Assembly (NCBI RefSeq): GCF_009914755.1
Contig: NC_060936.1
Source of the DNA: the human T2T-CHM13v2.0 reference genome, Homo sapiens
Length of the DNA stretch: 64,000 nucleotides
Direction: 5' to 3' (one strand)
Each line of letters opens with the position of its first letter. Within the stretch, counting starts at the first letter, position 1. The position numbers and the translations under genes were made by a program. Of this stretch, positions 27,781-39,298 are shown in pieces. The notes beneath the pieces were generated by a model. It searched no databases and had not been told where the DNA came from. It saw only the letters and a list, made by a program, of their open reading frames with translations.

Positions 27781-29809
27781 TTTTTATTACGAGTAGACTG
27801 ATGGCATTTGGAAAGAGTAGAACATAAAGATAATTCCAGGTGGGTTTGGAAACTTATTTCTAGAAACAAGGCAAGTCTTAGACTTACCTCCCATGTTCTA
27901 TCTTCCAAATATTTTGGTGCAGCCTGATATTGTAATCAGTCTTAGACTCTTAGATAGCTGACGTAAGATCATTCTTTTTCCCTTAGTCAACTGTTTTTGT
28001 GGCACTGCTAAGAACTTGTCTTTGTAGTGTTGCATGCTCTATTCAAAACCCCCTTGAGGAAGAATTGATGAGTTGAAGTGTTTTCAAGGACTATTATGGA
28101 TCTGGAAATGTACAAGTGACCCAGGGATTTGTCATTCCTCTGCCATTATAGTCTCAATGTCTATGCAAAGAATGTTCCCATCTGAACCTCAGGGCACCTG
28201 GCAATGTCTTGCAAGGCGGGTTTGCTGCCCACGGCCTTGAGACACCACAGTCCTGTAGGATGCACCTGTCCACCCTGTTAGGAACAGTGTACAGAGACAG
28301 CTCTCCCTACACCGAGGAAATGTCACATCTTCACCTTACAAGATGTGACACTTTCCATTTCAACCGACAAAACCCAACCCAGCCTCACCTAACCCAAAAG
28401 CTAACTTATTAACTCAGATAACCGTGAAGCCCAGGGGATGGCCAGATTACAGTGGCTGGATCCAGATTTCACATAATTATCACCAGGAGGTGGTGTCTTT
28501 CGGTGACATGGTTCTATTAATCGCTTTAGCTGTTCCAGGCTCAAACTCCACTTGGTGGTGGGATGCCTCACCCCACCTTTGCGTTCCCATCCTCATCCTC
28601 AAAGCCTCACCACCCTCGAGGGTCCTCAGTAGGTCTTTGGTAGCCAGATCTGCTGCTCTGGACTGTGGGTGGCTCTGGTCCAAGTTCCCTTGAGTTGCCA
28701 GTGTCCATGGCCTTCAGAAACAGACAGAGCTGTCAGAAGTGGCAGGGAGCCTATAGCTAGAAGCAAGGAGGGGGACCGACAGCTGAAGGCCACCAGAGAG
28801 ACCTTTTGTAACCTCAATTAAAACAAAAACAAGAAGGTAGAGAGGGGACTCCTTAAAGCTCCTTGCAAGAAGCAGTATGTCAGAAAATTGTGTGGGACAT
28901 GGAGCACTTGCTGAGTATTTTAGATCTCCATGTATTTTGCACAAAAAGAAAAGGTAAGAAGCTTTTAATACCAGAAAGTTAGCCGTACCAGTGGTGCTAA
29001 GGAATGCTCTTCTCCAATCGAAGCTCCAGAGCCACTCTCCAAAGCTCACCTGGAACGGCTCATCAAATGCAGTGATCAGGGCTGGTCGCTGGGGCCTTCC
29101 CGTCTCCTGTCTGCCGCTGCAGCAAACAGAGGGGCAGCTCTCTGCTGCCTTGAGGCTGAGAGGGGGAGCCTCCCCTTGAGGGTGGAGGGGGAGACCTTCC
29201 CCACCCACTCTCCCAGAAATATTCCTGGAAGTGCCTTCTCTCTACTCCGCCACTTCTGGCTCATCCCCCAAACCCAGCTCTTCCCTCCAGTCTTTGTGTC
29301 CTTCCCCTTCTTCAGGAGGCTAAGATGATAGACACAGCAGAGCTCTGGTGCACGATTTTACGCAGAGGGTGGCAGCCATTTTCAGCTGATGCCCCAGCAG
29401 TCTCTTAAGCAGCATCACGCAGTCTCCATTTCTAATGCTACACATTTTCCCCTATGCGGCTTTGTGGGGCTACCCATCTCCAGCGCCGGAACTGAGCCAC
29501 GACTGGCTTAAGAGAAGCAGTGGATTCGTCTGACTGGTCACAGTTCACACAGGAGCAAACGCCACACAATACAAAGCTAACAAAACTTTTACTAGATATA
29601 GGGGGACGGGGCCTTTATTGACGTGATCTGCTTCCTTCCTATATGTGAACCTCTTCCTGGAAGCCTGGTGGCCCAGGGACTGCTGGCAGCCACCTTGGAT
29701 GATGCCATGAGTTGGGGCGGAACCTCCCTGAGAAGGGCCTCTCCCCCAAGGAAAGCAAAGCCAGGGGATGGAGAGAGGGAACCTGGACCCTGCTGCTGAC
29801 ATTGGAGCC

Positions 29810-30066
29810 CTGGATTCCTATATGCAGGCACTAATCTCAATCTGGATTCCTATATGCAGGCGCCAATCTCATTCTGGATTCCTACATGCAGGCGCCAATC
29901 TCAATCTGGATTCCTACATGCAGGCGCCAGTCTCATTCTGGATTCCTGTATGCAGGCGCTAACCTCATTCTGGATTCCTGATCTCATTCTGGATCCCTGA
30001 TCTCATTCTGAATCCCTATATGCAGGCACTAATCTCAATCTGGATTCCTATATGCAGGCACTAATC
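29810..30066. repeat. 32-bp minisatellite (~6-7 units plus two shortened units) inside an MST/MLT1-type LTR relic
   Basis: ctggattcctatatgcaggcactaatctcaat repeated. It is followed by the MaLR motif gctccaccctcatggcctcatcacctcccaaag...ttcaacaca. Confidence 0.9.
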
Positions 30067-33000
30067 ACATGCATGAGGCTCCACCCTCATGGCCTCATCA
30101 CCTCCCAAAGTTTCCACCTGCTAACACCATCACCGTGGAAGGCAGGATTTCAACACACAAACTTGGAGAGACACAGACGCTCAGGTCCTAGCCATGCTCT
30201 GAGCAACAGGTCTTGATTCTGCAGGAGCGTCTCAGGAGCATGTGGAATGCCTGCCAGCACTGCCCGCACCAAGGGCAGGGTATCAGAGCATCTCTCCTGC
30301 AGCTCCCGCCCCGCTGGCTGAGTGGCCACCATGGGTGTCTCGCCCCTCACTCCCGGGACGCACCCCACATCGCACGTGGGTGCAGCAGGCTGAATACCCC
30401 GTGCTGGGCAAGGGCCTTGGCAGGTGCCTGGTGGGAGGCTTGCGGCTCCAAGCCAGGCTGTGCTCACACACAATCGCCCCCCAAATCTATGGCTGCAGAG
30501 CGGGCCCAGGGTAGAATACAGGCACCAGGAGGCAGGCCTGAAGCATGAAGCACGAATGTCTCCAGGGCATGTCTTGTTGGTTTACCACTTAATAACCATC
30601 ACCATCCCCGCTTCTTTCTTCCCATCAGAGTCTGAGTAGACCAAATGGTTGATTCAAAGTCTACTCAGTGAGTAGAACAAATGGCTGATTCAACGTATTT
30701 TCTGCCCCCACCTCCACTGCCTTCTCTCCTGGGAGGGCTATTTCTCCCGTCCATATGCATCAGCCTTGGTCACATGCATTGATGAGGCCCGTTTTCCCCA
30801 CTCATTCATTCAATAGCTGTTTAAGCTGTGATATGAACCAGGAAGGGCCGGGCCCTGCGTCTCAGACCACATAGGCTGGAGGAGGAGAGACGGAGCGGAC
30901 GATTGCAGAGAAGACCATAGGAAATGCAGGGGACCTCCCAGGGCCACCCCCTCCAGCTGCCGGAAAGGGAGGGGGGCAGGCAAGCCGGGCAGGAGGGAGT
31001 GAGGTTTTGGCTGAGAGCTGCCAGGGAAGAGAACATGGCCTTGGGGACCACTTACCTCGTGCCTCAAAACCGCACTCTGTTTCAGAAGATTGAGAAGCCA
31101 CGTGTCTTTAAGGACAGTGTTCTGGGAAGCTAGGCAGCCGCATTTGCTCTGCCTTTGAAAAGTTGAGGAAGCACGTTTTATTTCTATGGGAATGGTCTAA
31201 CAATAACGAAGCAGTCAAATGATCGCTTTTTCTTAAAAACGTCCTAAAGGAACTAAGCTCCGGCCAGCACCACCACCTGGAGCTGCACCGTGTCTCCCGC
31301 GGCAGGACAGGAGTCCAGAACTCCCCTTGTCCCTTTGCCCAGTTCCCATCACGAGAGGGGCTGGGGTGGGCAAGCAGTGGGTATAGCAGCAGGTGCGGCT
31401 ACCCTCGGCCTTCCCTGGAGGGACCCCGCTGCCCAGAGACCAGCACCTCTGAGTCCTGATTCCGCCTGGAGGGTTGAGTCCTCCACATTCAAACCCGGCA
31501 GTCCTTTGGTACAATTACCCCCTCTACCCCCGACTCAGTCAGATGGAGGGGGAGAAACTAAGACATGGCAATATGAACCTTCTCTGGAACGTTCCAGGTC
31601 AGTGGCCACGTAGCCAGACCAGGGGGCCACTCTTAGAGACAGCTGGAGACTGAAAACCAAGGAGCGACACGGGAGTGTTGTTTCTAGAGATGCCTTGGGA
31701 CTGAAAATGCTCTCAGGCATGTGAACATCTGAGGGACCCCACGGCCTGCGCTGGGAGCACCTTTCTGGCACCCACCACCCACCTCCAGGCTAAGTTCTAA
31801 AGAACATTGCTCAAAAGGCGCTTTTGAGCCCTCCCTCCGTTCCTCGAGTTTGCTGAGCCCCCTCTCTGGACCATGGTCCTCAGCTCCACAGCCTCTGCTG
31901 GATGAGGTGCCATTATTGTCAGGGGGGCCAGACCTCCCGTTTGCCCACCGCACACCTGTGGTCTCCCTGTGATTAACAAGAATGCCCCCTTGGCCTCTCA
32001 GGAGTGGTGTTCTGCTCAGGATAAATCCTGTGTTGTCGTTGTAATTACTACCCCCATTTTATACAGGAGAACACACACCCTGGTTTTCCTTTAGGAAGCA
32101 ACATCCACCAAGCTCAGGCTGTGATTCAGGTGTAGATGTCTGGGCTCCAGGGATGTGTGCACGAGACAGGCTGGTCCAGTCAGCCTTTTCATCTGCTCAG
32201 GCATGGCACAGAAAAGGCCGGCCCTGCCCTGAAGCCAACAGAGGCAAAGGGCTCAAGAAGATGGCAGAGACTTCTGCCCCGATAGGCAGCGTTGCCTCAA
32301 GTCATCAACTCCTGACCTTTTCCGCTTTCTGTGTCATTTAATGGAGCTGTGTATTTTTTCCAACTCGATTTCATTGAATTTCTGCATTTGTAAAGGAAAG
32401 GGTGATTAGCACTGTGATGACGGATACAGAGATGGATTCGGGGGTTGCACGCCTCACCCTGGAGGTGCTCGCAACGGGCTCCCCGGCATCACCACCACGC
32501 AGCGCCTGTGCTGGGGGTGCCCACCCTGCAGAGCCCCACCATCCCCCCGGTGTCTGCTCAGCCCTCGCCCTGCACCCACACGCCCCTGAAGCCTGGGTGG
32601 GCTGCCGCCTGTTGGATTTGTTTCAAGGTGCAAAGGAGCTGCAGTTGGAGAAGCTCTGCCTCGGTGCCTCCTCTCTCCTGAACACCAGGTTTTCCATAAC
32701 TTGGCAGCAGCATCTGACTTCCAAGGACGGCCCAATCAGAGCCCTTTCTTGAGGTAATAATGCTTCATTTTCTCCCTTTTCGTGGAGTGGGGATCATCTC
32801 CCACACCCTCCTTCACAGCTACGCGCATCATCAAAATTTAACTTCCTGCATCTGTGTGAGATAAATAGGGCTTTGCAGAAATGGGCTGCAAACCAATATT
32901 CATCTCTCTCCTCCAAAAAAGCTTAGGCCACCAGCCAATGGTTTTCTTTCTAAAGGAAAGGAGAGGAGAGGCGAACCTTAAAACGCCGTCTCACGGCTGA

Positions 33001-33084
33001 TCTGCCCTGCTTCCAGGTCAAGCCCAAGCGAGGGCATGAGGGAGAAAGCAGGGGACGTAGAGACAGCCTGGCAAGAGCTGAGGC

Positions 33085-33293
33085 AGGAGGAAACGAGCAC
33101 CTCTTTCTCCTTCCTGAGCATTGTTAGGAGGAAACGAGCACCTCTTTCTCCTTCCTGAGCATTGTTAGGAGGGAACGAGCACCTCTTTCTCCTTCCTGAG
33201 CATTGTTAGGAGGAAACGAGCACCTCTTTCTCCTTCCTGAGCATTGTTAGGAGGGAACGAGCACCTCTTTCTCCTTCCTGAGCATTGTTAGGA
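33085..33293. repeat. 41-bp near-perfect minisatellite, 5 copies
   Basis: aggagg(a/g)aacgagcacctctttctccttcctgagcattgtt at 33085, 33126, 33167, 33208 and 33249; one variable position. Confidence 0.97.
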
Positions 33294-33308
33294 AGCAGCA
33301 GAACAGTT

Positions 33309-33608
<300 letters not shown>

Positions 33609-34031
33609 ACAGCGGAACATTTCTATCCGTGTCATACAATTACTCAATGAGCTCCCAACGCTGCACAACGGCCCCTCGGCATCATTTCCTTAGGAATGTG
33701 ACACACTTGATTCTTTTGCTTATTATGTAAAATATTTTACAGGATTTAAATCATATCAACAAACTATTGATCCAAGATATGGGAGATACTTCCCCCAAAT
33801 GATTCAGAACTGGTGCCTTGTAATTATTGAAGAAACATTGGTAAAATGTTCAAACTAACCAGAAGCATAAAAAGAAAAAGATGAAAGCCCCCTCCTGACT
33901 TCCTATGCTTCACTCCCACCTCCCACCCTCCGTGCACACACTCAGGTTAAGCACTGGACTTTTAAGGATGGATCTGTTTGGAAAGCTGGCTCTAGTTACA
34001 GTAATCGCAGTAACGAACGCAGAATCCCCCT

Positions 34032-34393
34032 TGTATGACTCTGTTCTCACGCTGCTGTAAAGAACGGCCTGAGACCAGGTAATTTACAAAGGAAAGAGGT
34101 TTGATTGACTCACAGTTCTGCATGGCTGGGGAGGCCTCAGGAAACTCACCATCATGGAGGAAGGGGAAGCAAACACGTCCTACGTGTCTGGAGCAGGAGG
34201 AAGAGAGAGCGGGAGGAGGCAACATCCACTTTAAAACAAGCAGGTCTCTCATGACCACTCACTCACTATTGAGAACAGCAGGGGAGAAGTCCACCCCTTT
34301 AATTCAATCACCTGCCAGCAGGCCCCTCCGCTAACACAGGGGATTACAACTCAACAGGAGCTTTGGGTGGAGACACAGAGCCAAACCGTATCA
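34032..34393 (-). mobile_element. MSTA/THE1D-like MaLR LTR
   Basis: tgtatgactctgttctcac...ggaaagaggtttgattgactcacagttctgcatggctggggaggcctcaggaaac...ccaaaccgtatca. Confidence 0.9.
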
Positions 34394-34693
34394 CCTTGGC
34401 TGGAATTTTGTGGTAGAAGTGTAAGAAGAACCCATTAAAGAAAAGAAATTGGGTAGAGGCTAAGGCAGAAATGCTGAGGTCTAACACAACTGTCCTGCCC
34501 CATCCACCATGAGCCCCGCCGGCAGTGCCTCTTCCTGGCCCCCACTGGTGTTTCCCTCTTACTGTGAAATGGGCTGAGGTATCTAGGAATCTGTCTTTTC
34601 TCTACTTTCTCTCCTCTTGCCAGCTTTGCCATCCAGGGGCCCCTGTGTGTGCTGCGGATGTGAGTTGGAAAGCGCGTGACTATGGTGAGGCGC

Positions 34694-34901
34694 CTTTGAA
34701 ACGTAGGGGCCTGTTGGTTACAGAAGCTGGTCCCTCCGTGCCCACACCAGGGTTGCTCTGCGTCCCACAGTACACACAAAGGGCCCCTGTATGGGTGAGT
34801 TTTCCAGCAGGCTCTAACAGGACATGCACAATTGGTTTATAAAAACCCTCAACTTCTACAGACACCGCTCTCATGCCCGTGTGTTTAAAGTGATACGTCC
34901 T
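34694..34901 (+). repeat. ~210-bp dispersed direct repeat, copy 1 (copy 2 at 35703-35916)
   Basis: Shared blocks aaacgtaggggcctgtt, acacaaagggc, ttttccagcag, catgcacaatt, aacttctaca, atgcccgtg, tttaaagtg. The ORF track shows VTNRPLRFK in both copies. Confidence 0.9.
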
Positions 34902-35067
34902 GTTTGAAAGTACTCTTCCAAGGGGGGAGAGCAGTTTTGTAGGAAGTGAACCATGCAGCGGTGGGCTCAAAGCTCAGGGTCCTCCAGCCTCAGGCTTCCT
35001 CTTGGGAACATGGCATGACGCCTGTATCAGGCAGGGTTCTCCAGAGAAATAGAACCCACAGGCGGCG

Positions 35068-35299
35068 AATGTGTGTGTGAGTTTGTGTGAATGTGTGTGT
35101 GTGTGTATGTGAAAGTGTGTGTTTGTGTCAGTGTGTGTGACTGTGTGTGTGAGAATGTGTGAGAGTGTATGAGTGTGTGAGAGCGAGTGTGTGAGTGTGA
35201 GAGTGAGTGTGTGTGAGTGTGACAGCGTGAGTGTGTCTGAGTTTGTGAGTGTGTGTTGTGAGAGTGTATGTGAGAGTGTGTGTGAGTGTGTGTGTGTGT
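35068..35299. repeat. Degenerate (TG)n/(TGAG)n repeat
   Basis: gtgtgtgtgagtttgtgtgaatgtgtgtgt... Confidence 0.95.
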
Positions 35300-35311
35300 T
35301 CGGGGGAAGAA

Positions 35312-35563
35312 AGATATAATGATAATGATGATAGATTAGATAGATGGATCAACAGATACAGGTATAGGGAGGTAGGTAGATAATAGACGGATAGAGATAT
35401 ATAGGTAGGTGGGTAGATAGATGATAGAGGAATAGGTAGATAGATAATAGACAGAGGTATAGGTAGGATAGGTAGGTAGATTAGATAGAGCTATCGATCG
35501 AGAGACAGGTAGATAGATAGACAGGTGGATAGGTAATTGATGAATAGATGATAGACGGAGATA
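35312..35563. repeat. Degenerate (TAGA)n/(TAGG)n repeat
   Basis: gatagattagatagatggatc...gtagatagatag. Confidence 0.9.
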
Positions 35564-35702
35564 AATGGCTAAGTGAAGAGAGATTTTAAGGAACTGGTTC
35601 CTGACTGTGGAGGCCTTCTTGTAGTGGTGACTTGCAGGGGACGCCAGCAGGCTAAAAACCCAGGCAGAATTTCTATGTTATAATCTTGAGGCAGAATTTC
35701 TT

Positions 35703-35916
35703 CTTTAAAACGTAGGGGCCTGTTTGTTACAGCAGCTTGTCCTTCTATACCCACTCAAGGGGCTGCCTCTGTGCCCCATAATAGACACAAAGGGCTGGTG
35801 CACAGGTGAATTTTCCAGCAGTCGCTAACAAACGGTGCATGCACAATTTATTTTGTAAAATCCTAAACTTCTACAAAAATCCCTTTAATGCCCGTGCGTT
35901 TAAAGTGGTCTGTCCT
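35703..35916 (+). repeat. ~214-bp dispersed direct repeat, copy 2, inserted in MLT2
   Basis: Homologous to 34694-34901; MLT2 sequence resumes on both sides. Confidence 0.9.
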
Positions 35917-36520
35917 CCGTTTCTTCTCTAACAGATTGGGAGAGGCTCGTTCACATTACAAGGGTAACCTCCTTTACTTAAAGTCAACTGATTATAAATA
36001 TTAATCACATCTGCAAAATATCTTCACATCTAAATAGTATTGGGCCAACAACCAGGCACCACAGACTCGCGAAGTTAACGTGCAAAATCGACTACCCTTA
36101 TACACTCCATAGCACTGTCAGTTCCTAAGATTGGCTGTGGTGCAAACTATGCAAAAATTAATAAGTATCAAAACTTGACATTTTCTCCAGTCGGCTTCAA
36201 GGCGGAGCAAGTCAGACTAGGACGTGATTTACAGCCTGGGAAGTCTTCCGTGGAAACACCGGGCTTTCTGTGCATGAGGTCAGGGCCAGGACGGGCACGC
36301 GGGTAGAAGATCATCTTGAGCGTTCTAGACTCTGACAGACGGTCCTTGTGTCCTTGGCTCTGCTGGTCCTGAAATAAACTGCTTGGGACGGGGGCTGGGA
36401 GTGGCAGGATTAGGGGAGAGGAAATTAAAGAGAGAAGGAAGAGGATGGTGCCTTGAAGGACAAGGACAGGTCAAGGTCAAGCCAAAGCAGGGAAGCCTCC
36501 GGAAAGAGGGCAAGGAGAGT

Positions 36521-36642
36521 GGCGGGGTGCGAGCGGGGCGCTGCGGAGGAGGCTGCAGCGGCAGCGGTGCGGGCAGGAGCTCTGATGCGATGCGATGCGA
36601 TGCGATGCTGCCCCCCTGTGTCCTTCGACGATATTGCTGCGG
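36521..36642. other. CpG-dense micro-island with (GATGC)5 repeat
   Basis: 15 CpGs in ~122 bp; gatgcgatgcgatgcgatgcgatgc at ~36584-36608. Confidence 0.8.
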
Positions 36643-37355
36643 GAAGCTTTCTGTGCTCAAGACCTCGTCCATCCCTCCATCAGCTCAGACCTTCTCTGCG
36701 AATAGCTCTCCGGGTGGTAAAGAGATGCATCACATTTAAAACTTCGAGACGTCCTGGATTCACTTAGAAAGATGGGAAGAGGCTCACGCCTGTAATCCCA
36801 GAACTTTGGGAGGCTGAGATGGGAAGATTGCTTGAAGCCGGGAGTTCAAGATAAATGCGAAGATCCCACAAAACTGGGAGCATCCCACATGTGGAGATAG
36901 CTAGACTGCCTGTTTAGATGGGGCACCGCTTCCCGTTCACCCCCGCCCTCCCCGCTCCCTAGGCACGCTGGAGGGTAACACCTGGGATCCCCCGGCCTAA
37001 GGGCAACACACAATTCAGGTTAATTTCACCCATCAGAAATTAGGAATTCAGTAACAACTCAAGCCAAGGAGAGAGAGGATGCCAGGTGGCGCTGTTACGT
37101 CCTTCTCGTGCCACGAACCCCAGCCACCCTTAGACTGAGCTGGCGTTTACACAGCGACGGGCTCTTAAAATCAAAGTCACTTCATCAACACTGCAATCCT
37201 GCGAGGTGTGTCATAAGGAGCCCTTTCTCCAGATGTCAACAGTAGAGCTCAGACACGACCCCTAACATGCCCTAGACCACGCACCCCAATGACCTAAGCT
37301 GAAGCCAGCCTGTCACCAGTCACCCTCCACCTCTGCGTCACCTGTCACTGGAGAC

Positions 37356-37508
37356 CAGCCCTGTCTGACAGAAACACAACGCGAGCCACATACATGATGC
37401 TAAATTTTCCAGCAGCCACATTTTAAAAAGTAAAGAGAGGCAGGTGAAATTAACCTGAATTGTGTTGTCCTTAGCCCAGGAGATCCCAGGTGTTACCCTC
37501 CAGCGTGC
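37356..37508 (+). mobile_element. MER33 (hAT-Charlie) 5' part, GC-shifted
   Basis: cagccctgtc..agaaa...gcgagccacata...aaattttc.ag.agccacatt..aaaaagtaaa...caggtgaaattaa matches the MER33 start as I recall it. Confidence 0.7.
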
Positions 37509-37632
37509 CTAGGGAGCGGGGAGGGCGGGGGTGAAAGGGGGGCAGTGCCCCATCTAAACAGGCAGCTGCTTCTCTGTCTCCACATATGGGATGGGAGGGC
37601 CCAGTTTTGTGGGATCTTCCCATTTTTCTTGA

Positions 37633-38026
<394 letters not shown>

Positions 38027-38309
38027 ACCTCTTCCCGTCTTTCTAAATGAATCTGGGACGTCTCGAAGTTTTAAATGTTATGAATGAATTCCAATTTTTC
38101 TCAAATCCTAGACAGACCAAACAAGCTGTGTGCGTGTTGGTTTTGGCCTCTGGCCTGCCAATTTGCAATCTCTGTAGTGCAGTAACATCCCTGGAAAGGG
38201 AGACCAGCCATCTCTCGGGAGCCTTCGGGTGGGACACCCACATTTTAAACTGAGACATAAGTTTGAAGGGGGCTTGGCTTGCACAGCATCAGCACTTCCA
38301 TGGTGCTGG

Positions 38310-38510
38310 CAATACATTAGGCACCGTTCTAAGTGTTTTACTCATACCAACTCATCTAATCTGTGCAAACACACTATGAGGTAGATGCTGTTATCATTCC
38401 CATTATACAGACAAAGATACCAACGCTCAGAGAGGTCCAATAACTTGCTCAAAACCACCCAGATAACCTGGGATTTGAACCCAGCACCCAGCATTTATGC
38501 GCTTAGCCGC
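38310..38510 (-). mobile_element. MIR
   Basis: aggcaccgttctaagtg...tatgaggtagatgctgttatcattcccattatacag...gctcagagagg..aacttgctcaa...gggatttgaaccc. Confidence 0.75.
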
Positions 38511-39012
38511 TATGTGTTAGTGCCCGTCTGCTGAAAGATGCCTGCACAGGCTCGGGGTGCCCTGGCACTACAGCCATGGCCAACAAGAGGTGTGAGGAGT
38601 GAGAGAGGGAGCCAAGGTGGAGGCTGGACAGCCTTCGATGGAGACAGAGCTATGTGTGTCCCCCAGGGTCCGGAGCTGATTCTGTCTTCCTCTGATTCCT
38701 GCCTTGAAAGGGTGTGTGGTGGATTATATAACTGGATCCCAGCTCCTCCAGCCCTCTCCCCCTCCCTGGCTTCTCCGTGGGTAGAATGCACCTCCCACTC
38801 CATTGCCCCTGGACTGCCCAGGGGATGGACCTTGGCGGATGGAATGCAGGCACCAGGACAGTGCGCTATCCCACCCCCCCCAGGGAGTGGCTGCTCCTTC
38901 AGTGTGGGTTCTGGGCCTGTTTCAGCTTGATAAGCCCCTCAGGGTCTGAAACCAAGCCAGCTCAAGTGCAGCCAACCCACAGAGCTGTGAGCAAGAAATA
39001 AATTCTTTTTGG

Positions 39013-39298
39013 TGTTTTGTTTTGTTTTTGAGACAGAGTCTTGCTCTGTCACCTAGCCGGAGTGCATGGCGTGATCTCGGCTCACTGTGTCCTGGGTTCA
39101 AGCGATTCTCCTGCCTCAGCCTCCTGAGTACCTGGGATTACAGGTGTGCGCCACCACGTCCAGCTATTTTTGTGTTTTTAGTAGAGACGGGGCTTCACCA
39201 TGTTGGTCAGGCTGGTCTCAAACTCCTGAACTCAAATGATCTGCCCGCCTCGGCCTCCCAAACTACTGGGATGACAGGCGTGAGCACTGAGCCCAACC
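39013..39298 (-). mobile_element. AluS inserted at the 3' AT-rich (polyA-signal) region of an MLT1-type LTR
   Basis: Antisense Alu; TSD ataaattctttt on both sides; flanks aacccacagagctgtgagcaagaaataaa / tgggttactgctatgaagcag resemble an MLT1 3' end. Confidence 0.9.

Larger units (their letters stand above)
35023..36100 (-). mobile_element. MLT2 (MLT2D-like) LTR interrupted by TG-rich and TAGA-rich satellites and a 214-bp local insert
   Basis: tgtatcaggcagggttctccagagaaatagaacc start; ttttaaggaactggttc; cctttacttaaagtcaactgatt...aagttaacgtgcaaaatcgactacc end. Confidence 0.8.

Noticed and set aside
33085-33293. 41-bp repeats (also the 65-bp and 32-bp arrays) as a CRISPR-like array
   Set aside because: Units are head-to-tail with no unique spacers, there are no cas genes, and the context is primate DNA. 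They are minisatellites.
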